A DNA stretch of 64,000 nt, taken from Staphylococcus phage LY01. How positions within the stretch are numbered: position 1 is the stretch's first letter; every line of letters begins with the position of its first letter. Positions 9,852-18,800 of this stretch are shown here, one piece after another. Under the pieces are notes generated by a model. The model was not told where the DNA came from. It searched no databases and saw only the letters and a list, made by a program, of their open reading frames with translations. Where the stretch lies: the sequence record OR836606.1; one strand, written 5' to 3'. The position numbers and the translations under genes were made by a program.

Positions 9852-12800
9852 TTGGCTAAAAATAATAAAAATAAAAAGAATATTAGACAATTAGAAAATA
9901 ACAATAAATCAACTGTTATTAAAAATTCTTCTAAAAATACCGGCCGTATTCTTTTTAATGCGTTTATAAAATCTAACCCGTCATTAGATGCTATAGTGGG
10001 AGATTCAGGTTTAAAATTATTTAACAATGATGAAAGAAGATTAAAAAATTTTTCTGAAGTTAAAGGTTCTACTAATGATCTAATAAAAACTTTAAAAAAT
10101 AAATCTAATGAAAACGATCTTTTTTCAAGTAGTAATGAAAAATTATCTAATGAAAAACCTGAATATGAATCAGTAACAGAATATATTGATAATCCTGATG
10201 GAACTAAATCTGAAATTGTTAGTCTGTCAGATAAAAAGAAATCTAAAATAACAAATTCACCTCTAATAGCGATGAATAATTTGGCTGAGATAAATCAAAG
10301 AGGATTTGTTGGAACGAATATTGCAATGAACAATTATTCTCTATCAATACAAGCAACTAATAGCCTTATATATTCAGCCTTATCAAATTTAAGTACAATA
10401 CAAAATGGTATATATCAAAATACTCTAATGGAAGAAAATACTAAAAGAGATAAACAATCTAAATTACAATCCATAATAAATGGAAATATTAGTTTATTAA
10501 AATATTTAGATGAGAAAACTAATCCTGAAAATTTATTAATGGGTATGATGACCGGAGAACAACTTAAATCAATGTTAATGGGAGTAGCTAAAAACCCTAT
10601 TGAATTTGCTGCAACTCAAGGAGCTAAAATTGCATTTAATAAACTTCTATATGGTGATATTGGCGGGTATGATCCTGAAGGTAGTAATAAAAACATATTT
10701 AACAGATTGAATAAAAGATTTGATCCTCAAAATATAGGATCTATGCTTATTAATAGAAATCTTGTTGAAGATAATAAACTTACTAAAGGTTTAGAAAGAT
10801 TAACCGGTAATGATAATAAGTATATATCTAATTTAGGAAATGCTCTTTCAGATAGACTAAATCAATTAAAAGAAGAAGTATTGGGTGACGGTAAGGGCAG
10901 TATTTCTCTAAAAAATAAACGTAAAAAAGATACTCCGGTTCAATTTGATATGGAATCTCATACGTCTATTAATAAAGTTATACCGGACTTCTTATCTAGA
11001 ATTCAAGGTAATTTGATAGCTAAAAAAGAAGGTCGTTCAGGCGGATTAGCAGATAATGCTGAATTAGGTAGTATTTATAATTATCGAAAAGGTATTTGGG
11101 AAAATCGAAGATCTGCTAAGAAAAATGCATTAGATGAAATTAAATCAGAATCTTTATTCAATTTTAAAGATACTTATTTAGGTAAAGAATTATTATCTAA
11201 ATTAGATAATGATGAAGAAAGAACTAAAGAAGTTTTAACTGAATTAACTAAAATAGACAAACCTATTAAAGAAATTTCTAAACTTAAAGAGATAATTAAT
11301 CAAAAAAATATAAATGTTAGCACTGAATCATTATCGGAAGTGTTTGAAAAGAATTCAGCTAAATTCAATACTGATTTATTCAATATTAAGAAATCTATTT
11401 CAAATACTCTTGATAAAAAAGATAATTCAAGAATAATGTCATTTACTGAAATAGAAGGTTTAAATAAATCTAATTCAACATATTCTAGATCTAACAATGA
11501 TGATGATATTAATCAGATTAAAGATTTTGGCAATATTAACTGGGAAAATAGTGATTTAGAAGAAATTAAAAATATTTTCTTAGAAATAGAAAGAAAATTA
11601 AATAATGACTTCAGTAGCGGTAATATTAATAATAATAAAGAATTTATTAATAATAAAGTCGATACAATCAATAATATTATAGACAAAGGCAAAATTTTCT
11701 CTGTTTTAAGTGGGAATAATGAATCTCATGCTTCTGTAATGGATAAGTTAAATAGTCTTTCTAATGCAGTTAATAAAGCTAAAGAATATAAAGAAAATCC
11801 TACAAGTGCTATTAAAGATATAGCCTCTTCCTTAACTAACAGTGTCAGTCTTCCTCAAGAAAACAACCAATTAATGCGAAATAATGAATATCAATATCAA
11901 AATGTAAATCATCAATCTAGCATTATAGATAATAATCCAGTAATGGATTTAATGAATAATATTCCCGTCTTAAATAGTTTAACGATTAATAACAATGAAG
12001 CTAATAAAGATGCTTACATTAAAGAACCAAGTAAAACTATAGATGATTTAACCAAAGAAGAAAAAGAAAAGAAAGCTAAAAGCACGATAATTGATTTAGT
12101 TAACACTGCTTTTGGTAATGACCCAACTATTAAAAAAGATATGGAAGATTCCCAAGATACTGGAGCTTTAGAAAGAATGAAACAAGGTCTTTCAACTGCT
12201 GATGCTGGAAAACTTGGAGAAAATGTTATGTCTACAATGACTGGGTCTAGTAAGAAAGAAATTGCTGAATCTATTAGAGGTAATATAAACTTTGGAAAAG
12301 GCGGAGAAGCTGAGAAATCTATTGGCACTAAAAAGATGATGAACGGAATGCTTGATTTTAGTAAAATGGGACCAGTTTTATTTGCTGGAACTTCTGCAGC
12401 TGTATTAGGTTCATTAATGAAAGGTAGAAATAGTAAGAAAGATTTAGAAGTCAGTGAAAAAGGATTTTTATCATCTGCTGGAGGATTTTTAGGTAACGCC
12501 GCTATGCTAGGTGCTGGAGGATTCTTGGCTGCTAAATTTGGTCCTAAACTATTATCTAAATTATTACCGGGTGGAGTAGGTAAATTCTTCACTAGTATGC
12601 CTGGTATGTTAGGTAAAATAGGCGGCGGAATTAAAAATATAGCTGGGAAATTTGGATTAGGAAAATTATTTAGAGGTATTAAAGGTGCTCCTAAAAAAAT
12701 AGGTAACGTATTTAAAGGTATTGGAAAATTTGCTAAAGATAAACTACCTACTGTTAAGTCTTTAGGTAAAATGGTTATAGGTAAAGGTGCAGGATTGGTT

Positions 12801-15797
12801 AAAAAGGGATTAAGTACCGGTAAAACTATAGGTAAAGTAGCTAAAAGTGGTATATCTAAGATATTTAATAAAAAGAATGCTTCAGCTGCTACTAAAGGAT
12901 TAAGCAAATTTGCTTCTAAAGGTTTTAACAGAGCTAAATCTATCGGTAAAGGTTTATTTGGTGGTTCTAAGAAACTTGGAGGGAAAGCTTTTGGTGCTAT
13001 AGGTAAAGCTAAAAATAAATTATTTGGTAAAGGTGCAGCGAAAGCTGGAGGAAAATTTGCATTAAAGGCAGGATTGAAAACAGCATTACCATTCATACCA
13101 TTTGTTGGACCAGTGATTGGTGCAGCGATGTGGGCTCCTGATATCATTAAGACTATTAAACACCCTATAGAATCATTAAAACATCCAATTAAAACATTGG
13201 GCAGCTTTTTCGGAATTGGAGAACATCCAGGTGATAAAATAGAAGATGAAGCTAAAAGTAAAGAAGAAAAACATACTGAAGATGAAACAGGTTTAGGACG
13301 ACTAATATTAAGCACGACTAAGCTAATGTTTAGAGCTTCCCCTATGTTCCCACTAGCTAAAGTTGGAGGGAATATGTTTAAAACAGTTACTGATAATAAA
13401 ATGCAATCCGGTCCAAAAGCTGAAGAAAATATTCAAAAAGATATATTCATGAGCACTCCTTTAGGTAGTTTATATCAAATTGCTAAAGGCGGAATCGATT
13501 TCTCTAAATATGGTAAAGGTGAAATTGGAGATTGGTTCAGTCGTTTCTTAGTTAAAATGGAAGAAATGGTTGTTGCAATGTCTAAAATGAGAAATTCTAG
13601 TGGTTCTGGAAGTTCAAGTGGTAGTAGCTCAGGTGGAGATCAGCTTAAAGGAGATGAAATAGAAATAGATAAAAATGCTCCTTCTATTACTTCACAAGGT
13701 ATTTTAAATAAAATACCTGATGACGCTGCCGGCGCTTGGTTGAAGAAACATGAGTTCTGGCAACCATTTGGTAATTATCAAGGATTAGCATTTAATGGAA
13801 GCTCAAAACACTGGGGTATAGATATTGGTATGCCTACAGGAACTGATGTATTGGCAATTGTACCGGGTACTGTTTCTAATGTCTTCGTTGATCATGGCGG
13901 AGGTAATATAATAGAGATTAAAAATGGCGGAATATACACTTGGTATATGCATAATAGTAAAATAATTGCCAAAAAAGGTGACAAAGTCCAAGTAGGTCAA
14001 AAAATCTCAGTTTCAGGTAATACAGGAGCTCAAACAACCGCACCTCACCTTCACTTCCAAGTCATGAAAGGTAGACCTTCAAATGAAACTGCTATAGATC
14101 CAGCACCATATGTTTTCGCAAAAGTTAAAGGAAAAGGCGGAGACAAAGATGATGATAAAAAATCTGATAGTAGTGCTAAAAAAAGTAAGAAGAAAAAAGG
14201 TGATGATGGCGGTGGACACTCTGTTATCGGTGATTTAAATTCACATTCCATTCAGAGGGATATTAAAAGAAAAAGAGCTCAAGATATTAAAAATAGAAAA
14301 ATCCAAGATCGCGTTATTAGACGAGAAGAACAAAGCTTAGCTAAGGCTGAAAGAGAAGACGCATTAAATGTTAAAAAAGTAGCCAAAAAAGTTAATAATA
14401 TATTCAAGAAATTAAAAGATTTAAAAGGAACTAAAGGTACACTTAAATCTTCAAATCAATTTAATAAAGTATTAATTGTTGGTGATGATACAATTAATGA
14501 TGCATCCGTAGATCTTAAAAAGAAAATTAAAGGTGCTAAAGTCGAATCTTCTAATGGTAAAGCATATAGTTTTGGACCATCATCAGGTAGAAAAATACTT
14601 CAAGAAAATGTTTCTGAATATAATAAGAAAGGTATAGCTATTGTTATACAGCTAGGTATGAATGGTGGATTATCGACAGGAGAAGTTACAGAAATACAAC
14701 ATATGTATGATAAAGCACATGTATACTTTGTGACTAATGCAATTAGTAAAAAATTAGAGAATGATACAGAACTATCTAATGCAATAGATGATCTGAATGA
14801 TTCATTAAAGATGTCTGCTGAAAATATAATCGAATGGGATAAAAAAGCATCTGAATCATTGTTTAATGAAGACGGAATCACTCTTAATAATAGAGGTAGA
14901 ATGATCTTTGTTGATCTTATTAAATTGTATATAAACCCATATATTGGCGGAGGCGGTAGCTCTGATGAAGAAAAAATAGATAAGGATATAGATAAAGAAG
15001 AATCTAAAGCTGAGAAGAAAAAATCTAAAGAAAAAGATGAAGAGGAAAATAATGAAGAAACTTCAGATGATGAAGATAAAGGCTCTTCTGCCGAAGGATC
15101 TTCTGAGTATAGTTTTAAAAATGGTACTTGGTACGGATCTATAACTGGAAGAGATGATAGAAGAATGGATGAAGAAGAACAAGAGGAATTAAATGATCGT
15201 TTAATGAAACGATACGCTAAAATTTATGGCATTGATTACGAAGAAGCTAAAAGAATTGATCAAGAACAACAAGAAAAGAAAAAATCTGAAGCAGGAAACA
15301 AAAAGTCTGAATCAAGTGCATCAAGTTCTAATAGCGATAGTTCTTCTGAAAATTCATCAAATAATTCTAGTTCCTCAGCATCAACTTCTAAACCAAATAG
15401 CAATGTAAATATCGGAAACCCTCCTATATTCCAATTACCTACATTAGCTAACAGCGGATTTTCCAATATTAATAGAGGTAATAATACTTTTAATAATCAA
15501 GGTAGTAAAAATACTCAAACAATTAATAATAATTATCAAACCGGACAAAGTGGTATTATTAATAATGAAAAAGTAAATAAAGAATTTATAAAAGGTAAGA
15601 ATAGAGTAACTAACCATTATAATAAAATTGTAAATAATCATAAAAATTCTAAAATTGAAAATGGCAATTCTGGTTATACTTATGATTATGAAAAATTATG
15701 GTATTCAGATGATTTAGTAAGAATGTTAGCTAATATTGATAGAAACACATTAGAGTCTACTAAAGAATTAGATCGTTTATTAGAAGAATTGAAATAG
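9852..15797 (+). CDS. Giant virion-associated cell-wall hydrolase / tape-measure-like protein (1981 aa): Gly/Lys-rich amphipathic repeat region, M23 peptidase domain, GDSL/SGNH-like domain
   Basis: TTG start after RBS GGGGGG. M23 motifs HWGIDIG...HLHFQV (~13800-14060). LIVGDDTIN GDSL-like motif (~14440-14760). GK-rich repeats 12300-13150. Confidence 0.8.
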   Translation: MAKNNKNKKNIRQLENNNKSTVIKNSSKNTGRILFNAFIKSNPSLDAIVGDSGLKLFNNDERRLKNFSEVKGSTNDLIKTLKNKSNENDLFSSSNEKLSNEKPEYESVTEYIDNPDGTKSEIVSLSDKKKSKITNSPLIAMNNLAEINQRGFVGTNIAMNNYSLSIQATNSLIYSALSNLSTIQNGIYQNTLMEENTKRDKQSKLQSIINGNISLLKYLDEKTNPENLLMGMMTGEQLKSMLMGVAKNPIEFAATQGAKIAFNKLLYGDIGGYDPEGSNKNIFNRLNKRFDPQNIGSMLINRNLVEDNKLTKGLERLTGNDNKYISNLGNALSDRLNQLKEEVLGDGKGSISLKNKRKKDTPVQFDMESHTSINKVIPDFLSRIQGNLIAKKEGRSGGLADNAELGSIYNYRKGIWENRRSAKKNALDEIKSESLFNFKDTYLGKELLSKLDNDEERTKEVLTELTKIDKPIKEISKLKEIINQKNINVSTESLSEVFEKNSAKFNTDLFNIKKSISNTLDKKDNSRIMSFTEIEGLNKSNSTYSRSNNDDDINQIKDFGNINWENSDLEEIKNIFLEIERKLNNDFSSGNINNNKEFINNKVDTINNIIDKGKIFSVLSGNNESHASVMDKLNSLSNAVNKAKEYKENPTSAIKDIASSLTNSVSLPQENNQLMRNNEYQYQNVNHQSSIIDNNPVMDLMNNIPVLNSLTINNNEANKDAYIKEPSKTIDDLTKEEKEKKAKSTIIDLVNTAFGNDPTIKKDMEDSQDTGALERMKQGLSTADAGKLGENVMSTMTGSSKKEIAESIRGNINFGKGGEAEKSIGTKKMMNGMLDFSKMGPVLFAGTSAAVLGSLMKGRNSKKDLEVSEKGFLSSAGGFLGNAAMLGAGGFLAAKFGPKLLSKLLPGGVGKFFTSMPGMLGKIGGGIKNIAGKFGLGKLFRGIKGAPKKIGNVFKGIGKFAKDKLPTVKSLGKMVIGKGAGLVKKGLSTGKTIGKVAKSGISKIFNKKNASAATKGLSKFASKGFNRAKSIGKGLFGGSKKLGGKAFGAIGKAKNKLFGKGAAKAGGKFALKAGLKTALPFIPFVGPVIGAAMWAPDIIKTIKHPIESLKHPIKTLGSFFGIGEHPGDKIEDEAKSKEEKHTEDETGLGRLILSTTKLMFRASPMFPLAKVGGNMFKTVTDNKMQSGPKAEENIQKDIFMSTPLGSLYQIAKGGIDFSKYGKGEIGDWFSRFLVKMEEMVVAMSKMRNSSGSGSSSGSSSGGDQLKGDEIEIDKNAPSITSQGILNKIPDDAAGAWLKKHEFWQPFGNYQGLAFNGSSKHWGIDIGMPTGTDVLAIVPGTVSNVFVDHGGGNIIEIKNGGIYTWYMHNSKIIAKKGDKVQVGQKISVSGNTGAQTTAPHLHFQVMKGRPSNETAIDPAPYVFAKVKGKGGDKDDDKKSDSSAKKSKKKKGDDGGGHSVIGDLNSHSIQRDIKRKRAQDIKNRKIQDRVIRREEQSLAKAEREDALNVKKVAKKVNNIFKKLKDLKGTKGTLKSSNQFNKVLIVGDDTINDASVDLKKKIKGAKVESSNGKAYSFGPSSGRKILQENVSEYNKKGIAIVIQLGMNGGLSTGEVTEIQHMYDKAHVYFVTNAISKKLENDTELSNAIDDLNDSLKMSAENIIEWDKKASESLFNEDGITLNNRGRMIFVDLIKLYINPYIGGGGSSDEEKIDKDIDKEESKAEKKKSKEKDEEENNEETSDDEDKGSSAEGSSEYSFKNGTWYGSITGRDDRRMDEEEQEELNDRLMKRYAKIYGIDYEEAKRIDQEQQEKKKSEAGNKKSESSASSSNSDSSSENSSNNSSSSASTSKPNSNVNIGNPPIFQLPTLANSGFSNINRGNNTFNNQGSKNTQTINNNYQTGQSGIINNEKVNKEFIKGKNRVTNHYNKIVNNHKNSKIENGNSGYTYDYEKLWYSDDLVRMLANIDRNTLESTKELDRLLEELK

Positions 15798-15820
15798 ATA
15801 ACAGGAGGTGGAACTAATAA

Positions 15821-18800
15821 TTGGCTAGAAATAAAAAATTTAACACTAGTAAGATAGAGAAGGAGTTTAGAAATAACTCCTCCTCTAAATCTTCTAGAAA
15901 ATATATAGATACTGAATTTAATAAAAATTTAAATAATATAAATTCTAACGATATGAAACGTATGATGGATCAAAACAATCCATTAAAAGCAGTTAAAGAA
16001 TTAAAGAATAAAAAGAAAAAGCAACTACAAAAGATAAGTGAATCAACTAGAGATTTATCTAAAGAAGCTTTAGAATCTACTAAAAATACCTTTAAAACTG
16101 GAGAAACAATTCAAGATAAAGGATCATTAAAAAACTTCAATAGTATGGGTATGGATTTCAGTGGAGATTTTGAAGATTTTAGTTTTGATGATAGTTTTTC
16201 AGATATAGATTCCGACATAGATAATTCTTTAGATGATGGAGATTTCAAATTTGATGACTTTGATAAGGAAGATGATAATAAATCTAAAATAGTGTCTTCC
16301 ACAACAATTATCAATAATGACGGTTCTTCTGCTAAATCTACAGCACTATTAACTTCTTCTGTTTCTAATCTTTCTCAAATAAACACTACTGGATTTACTT
16401 CTATGATTAATAACCTTAATTTAATGAGGGAAGCTAATGATAATATTAGAGAAAGTATGTTCCAGAACTTAAACGGATTAATTCAAACTAGTAATGCTAT
16501 TAGACAAAATACTAAAATTAAAAATATATCCGAAATAAAGAATAGTAATTCATTAGAAGACTTATTTTTATCAAATATAACTTTATCAAATATATTAGAA
16601 GGATCTCAAGAAGAAGGATTTAAAGATAAAGCTAAAGACTTCATCAAAAAACAAGGAACAGAATTACTTAAAGAAGTTATTGGTTCTAAAAAACAAGGAA
16701 TTAAAAGTTCAGGTTTAGTTGATTTAGCTAAAGGTAAAGCTTTTGATTTCCTTAATAATGAAGATACTTTTATAGAGAAAGCGGTTGGCAAATTTGCTAA
16801 TAAAAAACTTAGTCCTTTTAGAGATAATGATAATGGTACTAAACAAAGGAAAAGAGATAAAAGAAGAGATGATTTACTTGAAGACGTTAAATTAGGTAAA
16901 AGCAAGTTAATTGATAAAATATTTGATAATGTAACTGGCGGTATATCAACTGCTAATAAAAAAGATAGAAATCAAAAAGTTGCTTTTGATGTGGAAACTC
17001 ATAATACAATTAATACAGTTATCCCTGGCTATTTATCTAAAATAGTTGGTTTAACTTCAGAAGATGGTCAAGAAATCCACTATGATTATGATTCAGGTTC
17101 TTTTAAAACTTCCAAATCTATTAAAAATGATATAGAAAAAAGAGTTAATAAAACTATCAAAGAATCTAGTTTTACTAAAGAATTTGAAAATATGGCTTCT
17201 GAAATGGGTATTGATCTGTTTAATAATGAAAGTAATAAAAATAAAGCCACATCTAAAATTAAAGAAATTATTTCTAGAAATATTAACAAAAGTGATGAAC
17301 TTGATCAAATTAAATCTAATGACCCAAATGACCCATTTAATATTCTTCTAGATAAAATATTTAATGATAAAGAAGCTAAAACTAGTTTAACTAAAACTAG
17401 AATGCAATTAAATAAAGAATCTAAAGATATTAAGAGAAAATTATCGGGTAGTTCTATAAATGCTCTTAATGACAAGAGTAAAAGAAAAGGTACTTCTAAA
17501 AATATTACATCCAAATTAAGTAATGGAAATAAAAGTGGTATTCTTAGTACTAACAAAGATACTTTATACGATAATATTAACTTTAATATCGTTAATAGAG
17601 ATATAAGTGAGATCAAAAAGATTGTTTCTAGAATAAATAATAAAATACCTGAGAAAAGATATAATAATTCTAACGATAGTAAGTCAAGTGACTTTATTAA
17701 TAATACAAATCAATCTAATGATAATATTTCCAGAGAAATAGATCCTAGAGAGCAAACTTTAAACCAAAATACTTCTTCTAGATCAAATCAGAATAGAGAA
17801 TATGATAATACTAAAAATGGAGATAATGGATCTACTATTATTCCTAATGAACAAATTTTAGAAGATGGACAAACAAAATCGTCTGAAAGTTCAGATAATA
17901 AAGATTTTATAGATAGAATAGAAGAAGCTCAAGATCTTATCGATAGCAATAAATATGTTAAAGAGAAATTTGACAAATATAAAAATAAAGGTAAAAACTT
18001 TGCTAAAGAAAAAATAGGTAAATTGTCCAATACTAAATTAGGTAGTAAAATAACTAGTATGGGCGGTGCTTTAACTGGTAAATTTGCTGCTGGCGGTGCT
18101 TTAATGGCAGGTGCAGGTAGTAGACTTAAAGGAAAACTTAAGGCTAGAGCTACTAGAATGGCTGCTGGAAAAGGTACTAAAAAAGCTATAGGTAAAGGAT
18201 TACTTAAAGCAGGTTCTAAAGTAGGTGCTCGTGTTGGGTTAAATGCTATTCCCGTAGTTGGACAAATTGCATCATTAGCATTAGCCGGTCCAGATATTAT
18301 TAGAACAATAGCCAATCCAATAGAATCGTTAAAACATCCAATTAAAACATTAGGTAGTATTATTGGTTTCAATGACCACCCTTCTAAAACTAAAAAAGAA
18401 CAAGAAAAGTTAGATTCAACTCAACCTGGCGGAGAAAATTTTGCAATTGATCCTTTAGTTGATACTAAAATGAATGGATCTATAGATAAATCTTCAATTA
18501 TTGGAGATTTTATTAAAGATAATCCATTATTAGCTTCCACTCCTTTATTAGGATTAGCAGGAATGGGTTTATATAAATCAATTGTAAAACCGGCATTCGG
18601 TTTAGGTATGAATATGGTTCAAAAAACTACCGGTATGGCTAAGAGTTTTGGAGATCAAACTGATATGGCTATGGAAGAGAAAACAAGTGGCTTTGGCGGT
18701 TTGATTAAAAAAGTTGTCGGCGGTGCTTCTATGTTAATGATGGCACCTTTGGCATTGGCTGGTAAAGGTTTAAGTAATTTAACTGGTATGACTTCAACGC

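Noticed and set aside
12014-13315. 433-aa minus-strand ORF (P/L/A-rich) inside the first giant gene
   Set aside because: It is an antisense read-through of the Gly/Lys-rich repeat region of the plus-strand gene (GGN/AAR codons read as Pro/Leu/Phe on the opposite strand). It has no RBS and lies entirely within a strongly supported CDS.
17929-18372. 147-aa minus-strand ORF inside the second giant gene, plus other 60-100-aa ORFs antisense to long genes (for example 16606-16905, 17305-17616, 21091-21333)
   Set aside because: Same antisense low-complexity artefact, with no independent signals.
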